This document shows positions 1 through 10,107 of a stretch of 64,000 nt of DNA, piece after piece (the stretch's first letter is position 1; each line of letters starts with the position of its first letter). Origin of the DNA: a virus. The DNA is taken from positions 96,001 through 160,000 of the IMG/VR virus record IMGVR_UViG_3300032287_003559; one strand, given 5' to 3'. Below the pieces are notes generated by a model, which saw nothing but the letters and a program-made list of their open reading frames with translations, had not been told where the DNA came from and did no database searches. The translations under genes and the position numbers were made by a program.

Positions 1-2
1 AA

Positions 3-764
3 TATGTATTTGATGCAGCTGCCCGTGTCGGTGGTATTCATGCTAACAATCAATATTCTGCAGAATTTGTTTATGAGAATATCCAAATCCAAACCAATCT
101 AATTCATTATGCTTGGAAATACGGAGTTAAAAAGTTTCTCTTTATTGGATCAGTTTGCATCTATCCTAAGTATGCTGAAGTTCCAGTAAAAGAAGAATCT
201 CTTATGACTGGTTATCTGGAACCAACAAATGATGCATATGCTGTTGCTAAAATTTCTGGTATCAAAATGCTTCAAGCATACCATAAACAATATGGATTTA
301 AAAGCGTATCTTTGATGCCTTCTAACATTTATGGTCCTGGTGATAATTTTCATCCAGAAAATGGACATGTTATTCCTTCAATGATTACCAAATTTAACAA
401 CTCCGATGGAAAGAAAGTTGTTTTTTGGGGAGATGGAACTCCTATGAGAGAATTTCTTTATTCTGATGACCTCGCAGATGCTTGCCTATTCGCGATGGAT
501 CACTTTGAAAACTCCGAATTGGTGAATGTTGGATCTGGATATAATGTCAGTATTAAAGAACTTGCACAAACAGTTGCTGGAGTTGTTGGATATAATGGAG
601 AAATTGGTTGGGACACTTCACGTCCAAATGGAACTCCAAATCGTCCATTAGATTATTCTAAGATGACTGAACTTGGTTGGAATCCAAAACATAGTTTGCG
701 TTCTGGTCTTGTAAAAACTTATAAATGGTTTAGTGAAGTAACCAATTATGATTCTTGCAAATAA
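3..764 (+). CDS. fcl: GDP-L-fucose synthase (5'-truncated by window edge)
   Basis: Frame is open from base 3: AAARVGGIHAN...GSVCIYPK...EPTNDAYAVAK (YxxxK)...NIYGPGDNF...WGDGTPMREFLY, typical of WcaG/Fcl. Confidence 0.93.
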   Translation, partial: YVFDAAARVGGIHANNQYSAEFVYENIQIQTNLIHYAWKYGVKKFLFIGSVCIYPKYAEVPVKEESLMTGYLEPTNDAYAVAKISGIKMLQAYHKQYGFKSVSLMPSNIYGPGDNFHPENGHVIPSMITKFNNSDGKKVVFWGDGTPMREFLYSDDLADACLFAMDHFENSELVNVGSGYNVSIKELAQTVAGVVGYNGEIGWDTSRPNGTPNRPLDYSKMTELGWNPKHSLRSGLVKTYKWFSEVTNYDSCK

Positions 765-1468
765 ATAACCCAAATAATTTTCATAACATGTATAATAGAC
801 TTTTAACCGAAGATGATGTTTCGGAATTTTTTGAAATAATAAAGAAGGAAAAGTATCCAGAAAAAGGATTTCAACATAAAGATTTGTGGAACATTCCTGG
901 TGGATTTGTTAAATGGATTTCAGTTTTAGAAGAGTTTAAGACTATTGGTAAAAATAATTTAAAAGTTATCGACCTAGGATCTTCTACAGGAGTTGTACCT
1001 CATATCATTGCAAGCTGGGGAAATGATGTAACTGGAATTGATATTGAATTGTCCGATCATTGGTGCCCTAAAAATTTAATTAGAATGGTTATCGGGGATG
1101 CTTTACTTGAAATGAAAGAAATTGAAGATGAAAGCATTGATGTGGTTACTGATCTATGTGCAGTTCATGAGTTTAATACAAGTGATAATGGTAAAGTTAA
1201 GAATGTTGGACTAAAAGAAGTCTCAGAACAAATTTACCGAATATTAAAACCAGGTGGAAAATTTCTTAGTTCAACTGATGTTTCTCTTGTTTATCCTGCA
1301 GCACAGCCTGGGGGATTTATTCCTCCAGAAGATATAATTAAAATCGTAGAATCTTCTGGGTTAAAACTAACTAGTCCATACAAAAAAGAATACGAGCAAT
1401 CTGAATATAATCCAATCTATCAACCCGCAGTTGGATTGCATATTGCTACTTTTTCTTTTGAAAAATAA
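755..1468 (+). CDS. class I SAM-dependent methyltransferase
   Basis: VIDLGSSTG motif I, VTGID, RILKPGG motif. Confidence 0.8.
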   Translation: MQINNPNNFHNMYNRLLTEDDVSEFFEIIKKEKYPEKGFQHKDLWNIPGGFVKWISVLEEFKTIGKNNLKVIDLGSSTGVVPHIIASWGNDVTGIDIELSDHWCPKNLIRMVIGDALLEMKEIEDESIDVVTDLCAVHEFNTSDNGKVKNVGLKEVSEQIYRILKPGGKFLSSTDVSLVYPAAQPGGFIPPEDIIKIVESSGLKLTSPYKKEYEQSEYNPIYQPAVGLHIATFSFEK

Positions 1469-1492
1469 GTTAAATTTAAAAATTATTAAAAC

Positions 1493-2428
1493 ATGTACAA
1501 AGGAAAAAAACTAATTGCTTGCTCTCCTGTAGGAAGAAAATCTTCCATGAAGTGCCTATTCAAGCATATTTTGAATAATCGACATATTCTAGATGAATTT
1601 CATTTATGGGTTAACACTGTAAATGAAGAAGATTTGGAATATATTAATAATTTTTCAAAACAATATCCAGACTTTGTTCATTTGAAATATGGATGTGATG
1701 AATTGGACCCAGAACAAATGGGCAAATCTCATAATGTAAAAAGATTTTATAATTACTGCGTAGAACCAGATACGTTTTATTTTAAAATAGATGACGATGT
1801 TATTTTTATTGAGGATGGAACTTTTGAAAAACTATCTCAATATAAATTAGATAATCCAAGCACTTTCCTTACATTTCCTACCATAATCAATAATCCATGG
1901 TGTACTCATTTTCTTAGAGTATCTGGAATCATTGATATTCAAGAATGTCCAGTATGCACTTATACATGGAACTCTGATTTTGAAAAATGCAAAGAATTGA
2001 TTAAATCATCTCCATCTGTAATGAGTGATAATCTATATGAACCTAAACTAGAAGATTTTATTCCTGAAGATAGAGTTATAAGTAGGTTATATTGTTTTGA
2101 TCCGCATATTGCATACAATCTTCTAAATGAGTTTCACAAAAAAATCGTAGAAAATAATCTGTCTGATTTAGATTTTGAAAATATTGTTTTGGAAAATTAC
2201 GAAACTGTATGCATAAATTTTGTAATGTGGGCTGGAGAAGATTTTGCAAAGTTTGATGGTGATGTTAAATCTGTTGGAGATGAACCTTGGTTAGCAACTT
2301 TCTATCCATGCAAATTTGATTTAAAAAATGCAATAGTTGGAAATACTAGAGTCGCTCACTATGCGTTTTGGCCACAAAGACCTCACTTAAATACTACTGA
2401 TATTTTAGAAAAGTATGAAACATTATGA
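1493..2428 (+). CDS. putative GT-A fold glycosyltransferase
   Basis: YFKIDDDVIF DxD-like motif; lies in the glycan island. Confidence 0.55.
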   Translation: MYKGKKLIACSPVGRKSSMKCLFKHILNNRHILDEFHLWVNTVNEEDLEYINNFSKQYPDFVHLKYGCDELDPEQMGKSHNVKRFYNYCVEPDTFYFKIDDDVIFIEDGTFEKLSQYKLDNPSTFLTFPTIINNPWCTHFLRVSGIIDIQECPVCTYTWNSDFEKCKELIKSSPSVMSDNLYEPKLEDFIPEDRVISRLYCFDPHIAYNLLNEFHKKIVENNLSDLDFENIVLENYETVCINFVMWAGEDFAKFDGDVKSVGDEPWLATFYPCKFDLKNAIVGNTRVAHYAFWPQRPHLNTTDILEKYETL

Positions 2429-3518
2429 TTATCTAATCATTGGATGTGGATTATTTGGAGCAACATTTGCAAGACTTGCTACTGATAATGGTAAGTCTTG
2501 CTTAATAATTGATAAAAGAAAACATATTGGTGGAAATTGTTATACTGAAAATGTAGAAGGTATTAATGTTCATACGTATGGAGCGCATATTTTTCATACA
2601 AGTAATAAAACTGTTTGGCAATTTGTGAATAGATTTTCTGAATTTAATAATTATATCAATTCACCAAAAGCTGTATCTAATAATGGGAAGTTATATTCTC
2701 TTCCCTTTAATATGAATACTTTTTATGAATTATGGGGAACTAGATCGCCTGATCATGCTAAATCGATTATCGAAAGTCAAAAATTTAAAGGTACTCCAAC
2801 TAATCTGGAAGAGCAGGCATTATCTTTAGTTGGAAAGGATGTTTATGAAACTTTAATTAAAGACTACACTGAGAAGCAATGGGGAAGACCTGCTAAGGAA
2901 CTTCCCACCTTTATTATTAAAAGACTTCCATTAAGATTTACTTTCGATAATAATTATTTCAATGATAAGTATCAAGGTATACCGATTGGCGGTTATACTA
3001 AGATGTTTGAAAAAATGATTGATGGTATTGAAGTTAAGTTGGAATCTGATTATTTTTCTGATAAAGATTATTTTGATTCATTAGCAAGCACTGTAGTTTA
3101 TACTGGTTGTATTGATGAATTCTTTGATTATGAGTATGGAGAACTTGAATATAGATCTTTAAAATTCGTTCAGGAAATCATGGATACTGACAATTATCAG
3201 GGAAATGCAGTTATTAATTACTGTGAAAAATATCCTAAACAAACTAGAACAATAGAACATAAACATTTTGAAAGATCTAACACCAATAAGACAGTAGTTA
3301 CCTTTGAGTATCCTGAAACATATTCAAAAGAAATGATTCCATATTATCCAGTCAACGATGAAACAAATCAAAAAGTTTACAAAAAATATCAAGAAAAATC
3401 AAAAATGTTGACTAATGTTATATTTGGCGGTAGACTAACCGAATATAAGTACATGGATATGCATGTTGTAATTGAATCTGCAATGAACAAATTTAAAACA
3501 CATAACGGAGTAGTATGA
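2415..3518 (+). CDS. glf: UDP-galactopyranose mutase
   Basis: GCGLFG FAD motif, HIGGNCY, YGAHIFHT, YTEKQWG, PYYPVND, GRLTEYKYMDM. Confidence 0.96.
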   Translation: MKHYDYLIIGCGLFGATFARLATDNGKSCLIIDKRKHIGGNCYTENVEGINVHTYGAHIFHTSNKTVWQFVNRFSEFNNYINSPKAVSNNGKLYSLPFNMNTFYELWGTRSPDHAKSIIESQKFKGTPTNLEEQALSLVGKDVYETLIKDYTEKQWGRPAKELPTFIIKRLPLRFTFDNNYFNDKYQGIPIGGYTKMFEKMIDGIEVKLESDYFSDKDYFDSLASTVVYTGCIDEFFDYEYGELEYRSLKFVQEIMDTDNYQGNAVINYCEKYPKQTRTIEHKHFERSNTNKTVVTFEYPETYSKEMIPYYPVNDETNQKVYKKYQEKSKMLTNVIFGGRLTEYKYMDMHVVIESAMNKFKTHNGVV

Positions 3519-4255
3519 GAATAGCTTTATGTTTATCTGGGCAACCAAGATTTGTCACTGAGTGTGCCCCATACATTTTACAAAATGTTTGTGATGGATA
3601 TGATGTTGATGTTTTTGCACATACTTGGTTTGATGAAGATCTTTTGAATAGACCATATAAAGTTGAAAATAATTGGCCATCGCAAAGAATATCTCCGGAC
3701 GCAGTTAAACAGATAGAGGAGATATATAAACCGATTTCACATAAAGTGGAATCTAGTATGAACTTTAAAGATCCAAATATTGATTATTCTATCTCTTGGC
3801 CAAGATATTGTGGATGGGGAGAACAAACTGAAGAATTTTATAGATTTGTGATTAGTAATCAAATTTCATATTTTTACAGTTTGAATCAGGTTAATATGCT
3901 AAAAAAACACTATGAGTATAAAAATGGATTTAAATATGATTGGGTAGTTAAGTGTAGAACGGATTCTATTGTACAAACCAAAATCGAATTTGAAAAATAT
4001 GATCCAAATGTAATTAACTATACTGGAATTAATAATCAACCAGATGGAATGATTTGTGATTGGTTTGATTTTGGTGGATCAAAAGTTATGGATGTATTCA
4101 TGAGTGCTTTTTCTGTATATGATTTTCCACTCAAAAAATGTATTGATGAGAACAATGGTGCATTTTGTCCAGAATTAATTCATCGAAAAATGATTGATTT
4201 TTTTGGTATAGATAAACAGGCACATCCAATCTACATTTCTTTACCTAGATTCTAA
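3515..4255 (+). CDS. putative glycosyltransferase (xIALCLSGQPR family)
   Basis: N-terminal IALCLSGQPR, DVFAHTW, YDWVVKCRTD; paralog of 9385..10107. Confidence 0.55.
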   Translation: MRIALCLSGQPRFVTECAPYILQNVCDGYDVDVFAHTWFDEDLLNRPYKVENNWPSQRISPDAVKQIEEIYKPISHKVESSMNFKDPNIDYSISWPRYCGWGEQTEEFYRFVISNQISYFYSLNQVNMLKKHYEYKNGFKYDWVVKCRTDSIVQTKIEFEKYDPNVINYTGINNQPDGMICDWFDFGGSKVMDVFMSAFSVYDFPLKKCIDENNGAFCPELIHRKMIDFFGIDKQAHPIYISLPRF

Positions 4256-4263
4256 TATTAAAT

Positions 4264-4977
4264 ATGAATATTCTTATACCAATGGCTGGTGAGGGAACAA
4301 GATTTCCTAGAGACACCTATAAAATCCCAAAGCCATTAATTGAAATAAATGGAGTTCCAATGATTCAAAGAGCAATAGAATCTTTGGGATTAACTGGAAC
4401 ATACCATTTTGTGATTAGAAAGGATAGTTATTATGATCAGGTATGTACGCTTTTACATTCAATCTTTCCGAATGTAAAAATTATCAGCGTAGAACAAACA
4501 ACAGAAGGTCCAGCATCAAGTTGTCTTTTGTTTAAAGATTTTATCAATAATGAAGAAGAGTTGGTCATTGCTAACTGTGATCAGATTATGTGGTGGGATG
4601 CAGATTTATTTCTTACCACTGCTAGGTATTATAAGTATGATGGTTTAGTAGTAACCTATAGTACAAATACCACAAAAAACAGTTACGCAAGAATTGATAA
4701 AAGTGGATTTGTGCAAGAAATTAAAGAAAAAGAAGTTATAAGTGATATTTCACTGAATGGAATTCATTATTGGAGAAAGGGTAAATACTTTGTGCAAAGC
4801 ACCGAAGATATGATACAATTTAATGATAGAGCACCTAATGGCGAATTTTATGTTGGACCTTCATATAATCATATGATTAAAAGAGGATTAAAAGTTGGAA
4901 TTCATCATATTCCTAACTGGCAGCATAATCCAGTAGGAGTTCCTGAAGATTTGGATTCATTTATGAAAAAACTATGA
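4264..4977 (+). CDS. sugar-phosphate nucleotidyltransferase
   Basis: ILIPMAGEGTRF...PKPLI, ANCDQ, EK, NGEFYV..YN motifs of the NTP_transferase family. Confidence 0.85.
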   Translation: MNILIPMAGEGTRFPRDTYKIPKPLIEINGVPMIQRAIESLGLTGTYHFVIRKDSYYDQVCTLLHSIFPNVKIISVEQTTEGPASSCLLFKDFINNEEELVIANCDQIMWWDADLFLTTARYYKYDGLVVTYSTNTTKNSYARIDKSGFVQEIKEKEVISDISLNGIHYWRKGKYFVQSTEDMIQFNDRAPNGEFYVGPSYNHMIKRGLKVGIHHIPNWQHNPVGVPEDLDSFMKKL

Positions 4978-5300
4978 ATATAACTAAAATTACAGATTAT
5001 GTGCGTGGATGGTTCATTGGTAACTTTGAACCATCAGTATTGAAAACTCCAGACTTTGAAGTGGGAGTATTGACTCACAAAAAAGATGAGTATTGGGCAC
5101 CCCATTATCATAAAGAAAGTGTAGAATATAATGTTCTTATTTCTGGAAAAATGATAGTTCAGGGAAAGGAGTTAAATAGTGGAGATGTATTTGTATTTGA
5201 GAAAGGGGAAATTGCTGACCCAGTTTTCCTTGAAGATTGTACATTAGTTGTAGTTAAATCCCCATCAATTCCTTCTGATAAATTTGAGGTTGAAAAATGA
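4974..5300 (+). CDS. small cupin-domain protein
   Basis: RGWFIGNFEPS...HYHKESVEYN (HxH-x4-E cupin motif)...GDVFVF. Confidence 0.75.
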   Translation: MNITKITDYVRGWFIGNFEPSVLKTPDFEVGVLTHKKDEYWAPHYHKESVEYNVLISGKMIVQGKELNSGDVFVFEKGEIADPVFLEDCTLVVVKSPSIPSDKFEVEK

Positions 5301-6535
5301 AATTTTTTAGAGAACTAACTGAATACGAAAAGGATCGTTGTGTTGTTGCAACGTATTACATTGAAACATATGAGGATCTTGGAACCCTAAGAGATGCTGC
5401 CTGGAACCTTGCAATCGGGCAGAGTGTGGGTAATCCAAAGGTTCGTAATCGCTGGGAAAGCGATGAGTTGTTTGAACTTGCATCTTGCGTCATTTATGCC
5501 GATGAAGACGAACTCTCCAAAGTTAATTCTGGAGTCGTTAAAATCGGTTTCCCTAAGGTCAATACTGATTGGGAAGGTGATGGTATCTCCCATCTTCTCT
5601 GCCAACTTATGGGTGGACAATTAGATATTGATGTCTTCAAAGTCTGCCGTCTTCAGAAACTGGAGTTTCCTGCCGATGTGGAAGCACAGTTCCTTGGACC
5701 CAAGAATGGTATTGACGGTATTCGTAAGTTTGTTAATCGTTACGACAAACCACTCTCTGGTGCTATTGTGAAGCCCAAGACTGGTATTTCACCACAGACT
5801 CTTGCAGAGATGGTGAAAGAACTTCTTGATGGTGGTGTAGATTTTATCAAAGAAGATGAGATTCTTTCTAATCCTTCATTCTGCCGTCTTGAAGATCGTG
5901 TAGAACTGATTTCTAATATCGTTAATAATTGTGGAAGGAATGTAATTTATACCTTCTGCATTAACGGTGATCATCATACCATTCTTGATCGTGCTAAATT
6001 TGTTGCTGATAACGGTGGAAACGGTATTCATATTAATTTTTGGAGTGGTCTTGGCGTCTATAATTCAGTTAGAAAGATGGATCTCCCACTCTTTATTCAT
6101 TACCAGAAGAGTGGTGACAAGATTCTTACGGATAAGAGACACGCATTCGGTATAGATTGGGATGTTCTTTGTGACCTTGCTGGTCTCTGTGGTGTAGATA
6201 CTATTCACGCAGGAATGTGGGGTGGTTATCTCAGCGATGATGAGAATGAACTTCGCAAAACTATGGAGACTCTTCACAAGCGTAATGTTCTCCCAGCATT
6301 AAGCTGTGGAATGCATCCAGGGATCGTTAACACCACTGCAGAGAAGTTTGGTACAGATTTCCTTGCTAACTGTGGCGGCGCCATTCACGGGCATCCTGGG
6401 GGCACTCTAGCGGGTGCTCTGGCGATGCGTCAGGCAATTGATAAGAATCCTGGTGCAGAGTTCCGTGCCGCAATTGATAAGTGGGGTTATGAAACTGGTG
6501 GCGGTTCTTTACCTGAGTGGGTATTAGATTTTTGA
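5297..6535 (+). CDS. RuBisCO-like protein (form IV RLP)
   Basis: GAIVKPKTG, GGVDFIKEDE, GVDTIHAG, PALSCGMHPG, GGAIHGHPGG..AGA.AMRQA; lacks carboxylation residues. Confidence 0.92.
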   Translation: MKFFRELTEYEKDRCVVATYYIETYEDLGTLRDAAWNLAIGQSVGNPKVRNRWESDELFELASCVIYADEDELSKVNSGVVKIGFPKVNTDWEGDGISHLLCQLMGGQLDIDVFKVCRLQKLEFPADVEAQFLGPKNGIDGIRKFVNRYDKPLSGAIVKPKTGISPQTLAEMVKELLDGGVDFIKEDEILSNPSFCRLEDRVELISNIVNNCGRNVIYTFCINGDHHTILDRAKFVADNGGNGIHINFWSGLGVYNSVRKMDLPLFIHYQKSGDKILTDKRHAFGIDWDVLCDLAGLCGVDTIHAGMWGGYLSDDENELRKTMETLHKRNVLPALSCGMHPGIVNTTAEKFGTDFLANCGGAIHGHPGGTLAGALAMRQAIDKNPGAEFRAAIDKWGYETGGGSLPEWVLDF

Positions 6536-6536
6536 T

Positions 6537-7016
6537 ATGAAAATTATATCTCATCGTGGGAACCTAACTGGACCAAATCCCCTTAAAGAAAATAGTCCTG
6601 ATTATATCGAAGAAGCGATTGCCGAAGGTTTTGATGTTGAGGTTGATCTAAGAGTCCAAGATGGTCAATGCTATCTTGGACATGATGATCCTCAATACTT
6701 TGTAACTATGGAATGGTTGAGAAAGTATAAAGATATTCTCTGGATTCATTGTAAAAATCTAGAAGCACTTGAAAAAATATCAAGTTCTGTGGTAGAATTT
6801 AACTACTTTTGGCATGATACAGATAGATATACTTTAACGAGTAAGGGGATTGGGTGGGTATTAGTAGGACAATATCCATATTCAAAATCCGTAGTTGTTC
6901 TGCCAGAAAAGATAGATTTATATACCTTTCCTCACGGGATTGAATATATAAAAAGCAGTTATGGAATCTGTACTGATATTCCATTTAAATATAAACAAAA
7001 AATAACGGAGAATTGA
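6537..7016 (+). CDS. short glycerophosphodiester phosphodiesterase (GDPD)-like protein
   Basis: ISHRGN, ENS, DVEVD, LGHD, WIHCKN, GICTD. Confidence 0.75.
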   Translation: MKIISHRGNLTGPNPLKENSPDYIEEAIAEGFDVEVDLRVQDGQCYLGHDDPQYFVTMEWLRKYKDILWIHCKNLEALEKISSSVVEFNYFWHDTDRYTLTSKGIGWVLVGQYPYSKSVVVLPEKIDLYTFPHGIEYIKSSYGICTDIPFKYKQKITEN

Positions 7017-7019
7017 CTA

Positions 7020-7661
7020 ATGAAATGGGAAACTGATCTGATTAAAGACATTAGAAGTAATACGCCATATGATGATACTGAGGCTGGTATAAATCATTTT
7101 CTTCATATTTGGCCTGGAATTGAGAATGATCCTGGTGTACTGAATCCATATGATGGAACTGAATGTAGTGAGTGTAATAAAGAAGCACTTCTTCAACAAT
7201 TCCTAAAAGTTCGTGATAACTGTAATGCGATTCTTGAAATTGGAATTGGTAGAAATGGAGAGAACTCCTTTGCTCACGTATTCTTTAAGAATAAAAAAGA
7301 AGAAACCAAATATATTGGTATTGATATAGAAGATCGTAGTTGGTTGGTAGATTATGGTGACAATATCTACACTATCCAAGGAAGTAGTTCCAATTATGAT
7401 GAGAATGTTGAGATTTTCAAAACCATGGGAGTAGAAAAATTTGACTTTATTTTCATTGATGGAGATCATAGCGTAAATCAAGTACTACGTGATTGGGAAT
7501 ACTCACGCCTCTTGAATGATGGTGGTATTGTTGGATTCCACGATACAAGTCATCACACTGGACCATATCTATTTGTAAGAAATCTGAACAGAGATATTTG
7601 GGATGTTATTGATAATTCTTGCCCACAAGATTACGGAATTGGATTTGCTACTAAAAAATAA
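7020..7661 (+). CDS. class I SAM-dependent methyltransferase (Methyltransf_24-like)
   Basis: ILEIGIG, IGID, DFIFIDGDHS, GGIVGFHD. Confidence 0.85.
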   Translation: MKWETDLIKDIRSNTPYDDTEAGINHFLHIWPGIENDPGVLNPYDGTECSECNKEALLQQFLKVRDNCNAILEIGIGRNGENSFAHVFFKNKKEETKYIGIDIEDRSWLVDYGDNIYTIQGSSSNYDENVEIFKTMGVEKFDFIFIDGDHSVNQVLRDWEYSRLLNDGGIVGFHDTSHHTGPYLFVRNLNRDIWDVIDNSCPQDYGIGFATKK

Positions 7662-7664
7662 ATT

Positions 7665-8666
7665 ATGAATGACCTTGAAGCACTAAAATCAAAATATAAG
7701 GTTGTTGTTTGGGGATTCAAACCAGTAAACGGAGTATTTCAAAATACTATCGGTTATGTCTGGAATAGTTTTTATAGAGCTTTTCAGACATTGGGGTTCG
7801 AAACCTACTGGTTCCCTAACCAAAAGGTAGAAGGATTTGACTTCTCTAATTGTATTTTCTTAGCAGAGGGATATGATGATTCAGAAATACCTCTAAACAA
7901 AACTTCAATTTATTATGTGCATTGTGCATACAATCCACAAAAGTATGTTAACAATGTTGGTAAATTTGTTGACTTGAGGTATAACCAACTAAAGATGAAT
8001 CATCCAAATTACATGTTTGAGTTGGATAAAAAAAATACCGAAAAATTGGGGAAAAGTTGTTATTATGAACCATCTACTAATCAAGTAGTTCATTTCAAAA
8101 ATGGTAAAGTAGATTATAATATCGATGATTTTGATAAAGTTTATGTTGCTTGGGCAACTAATTTGATGCCTGATGAAATGGATGAAAATGACATCTATTT
8201 GGAAAGAGAAGATAATGTTTACTTTCTTGGAACAGTTTATTATGATGCTCCATATTCAAACGTAAGTGAAATTAGTGAGTTTGCTCAAGAATGTCAAAAA
8301 AATAACATCGGATTCATTGTGAATGAATTTGAAAGAAATCAACTTTCCGAAGAGGATTATATCCAAATTTCAAAAAAATCTCTTTTTGGATTTGATATTA
8401 GAGGTAAATCTAATGTGGAAACTGGATATCTTCCTTGTCGGGTATTTAAAAATATAAGTTATGGTCTTCTAGGTACAACAAATTCTCCTGAAATTTATAA
8501 TGAGCTTGATGGTCACTGTGTCTATAACAGTTCCCCATCTAAACTTTTTTATAGTGCAATGAAAAGAAAAGACGATATTGAATTTATTAAAGAGTGTTTT
8601 AATTATGTAAAACATAATCACACATATATCAATCGAGTTAAGAGTATTTTAAGTATTTTAAAATGA
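7665..8666 (+). CDS. putative GT-B glycosyltransferase
   Basis: C-terminal GYLPCRVFKNISYG...HTYINRV resembles CgeB/Glyco_trans_1_2. Confidence 0.55.
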   Translation: MNDLEALKSKYKVVVWGFKPVNGVFQNTIGYVWNSFYRAFQTLGFETYWFPNQKVEGFDFSNCIFLAEGYDDSEIPLNKTSIYYVHCAYNPQKYVNNVGKFVDLRYNQLKMNHPNYMFELDKKNTEKLGKSCYYEPSTNQVVHFKNGKVDYNIDDFDKVYVAWATNLMPDEMDENDIYLEREDNVYFLGTVYYDAPYSNVSEISEFAQECQKNNIGFIVNEFERNQLSEEDYIQISKKSLFGFDIRGKSNVETGYLPCRVFKNISYGLLGTTNSPEIYNELDGHCVYNSSPSKLFYSAMKRKDDIEFIKECFNYVKHNHTYINRVKSILSILK

Positions 8667-9382
8667 AGTCATCAAATTTTTTAGTTCATCATCAAGCTCA
8701 TAAAAATAAAGTTGCAACAGAGCATGTTATTAGATCATTTAGAGAATATCACCCAGATGATCCATATGTAATTTGGTCTGATTGTGGTGAAGATTATATT
8801 GATATAGCAGAAAAATATAATACAGATTATTATTATTCCGACTTTAATGTAGGATATATCTATTATGATAAAGAATCTGCATATGAATTATATAATAGAA
8901 TAAGAAAATCATGCGAATTATATAAAGATAAAACGCATGTTCTTTGGATGGAAGACGATGTAATAATCAAAGGTGAAATTTATATTCCAGATGAAGTTGA
9001 GTATTATGGAATGCCAAATATTGGAAACACTTGGCCAGAACTTCATGAATATCTTTGTGAGAAATATAAAGTAAATCCCAACTTTAACTTTTGGTCAACT
9101 GCAGGTGGCGTGATCATGCCTACAGATACTTTTGTAAATAAATTTGATATTTTAGAAAAATTTATTGACGAAGATTATGATCATGTTTACAACAATATGT
9201 GCAAAAAAATTGGTGCTGGAGATATACTAAAAATGGTATCCCAAATAATCACTGGAAAAAATTATACCGTTAATCCGCAAATAACTGATGTTAATCATCC
9301 TACAGGTGTTAGCGATGATATAATTTCAATTGTTCATGGATTCAAGGGGCATTATGTAGAACTTCCTCCTAGAGATAATTGA
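8663..9382 (+). CDS. putative GT-A glycosyltransferase
   Basis: IWSDCG and LWMEDDV motifs; glycan island context. Confidence 0.5.
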   Translation: MKSSNFLVHHQAHKNKVATEHVIRSFREYHPDDPYVIWSDCGEDYIDIAEKYNTDYYYSDFNVGYIYYDKESAYELYNRIRKSCELYKDKTHVLWMEDDVIIKGEIYIPDEVEYYGMPNIGNTWPELHEYLCEKYKVNPNFNFWSTAGGVIMPTDTFVNKFDILEKFIDEDYDHVYNNMCKKIGAGDILKMVSQIITGKNYTVNPQITDVNHPTGVSDDIISIVHGFKGHYVELPPRDN

Positions 9383-9384
9383 TC

Positions 9385-10107
9385 ATGAAAGTAGCATTTT
9401 GTTTTGCTGGACAACCGAGAGATGTAAAAAATACTCTTAATAATATTAAAAAATCTTGGGGAACTCATCAGGAACTAGATTTCTTCTTTCATTCTTGGAT
9501 TCCTGATAGGGAAGGTCCATATAGAATAGACACTCCTTCTGATGTATATACGAAAGATATTAATGATTATATTTTATCTGAACTATCTCCAGTAAAATAT
9601 GAATTTGAAAATCAAATAATTTTTAAAAATTATTATAGAGACTCTATTCATTGGCCAATTCGTAGTTCTAATATTCCAAATCCTTCTCAAAATATCCAAT
9701 CATTTTTTTATTCAATTAAGAGAAGTAATGAACTAAAAAAACAGTATGAGGAAGAAAATAATTTTAAGTATGACTGCGTAATTCGTTGTAGATTTGACTA
9801 TTTGTTTACGAAGATCTATAATATTAGAGATTTTGATTTAAATTATTTGAATGTAAAAAATGATTGCAAGCATACTCCGTATGCAATCAACGATCACATT
9901 GCATTATCAAATAGTGAGAATATGGATTTGTATTCAACAGTATTTGATAATATTCAAGAACACTATAAAAACGGTATTGAATTTAATACAGAAGTTATTC
10001 TTGGATATAATGCTTTTATTAATGGATTAAAATATCACAAAACTTTAGGTGATAATAATGAATCCTATGTTTCAACACAAAAGGAAAGATCTGGAATTTA
10101 TATATGA
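9385..10107 (+). CDS. putative glycosyltransferase (paralog of 3515..4255)
   Basis: KVAFCFAGQPR, FFFHSW, YDCVIRCRFD, INDH. Confidence 0.55.
   Translation: MKVAFCFAGQPRDVKNTLNNIKKSWGTHQELDFFFHSWIPDREGPYRIDTPSDVYTKDINDYILSELSPVKYEFENQIIFKNYYRDSIHWPIRSSNIPNPSQNIQSFFYSIKRSNELKKQYEEENNFKYDCVIRCRFDYLFTKIYNIRDFDLNYLNVKNDCKHTPYAINDHIALSNSENMDLYSTVFDNIQEHYKNGIEFNTEVILGYNAFINGLKYHKTLGDNNESYVSTQKERSGIYI

Noticed and set aside
5297-6535. A true CO2-fixing RuBisCO (rbcL) in a phage
   Set aside because: K334, H294, R295 and apparently E60/N123 are substituted; no rbcS nearby
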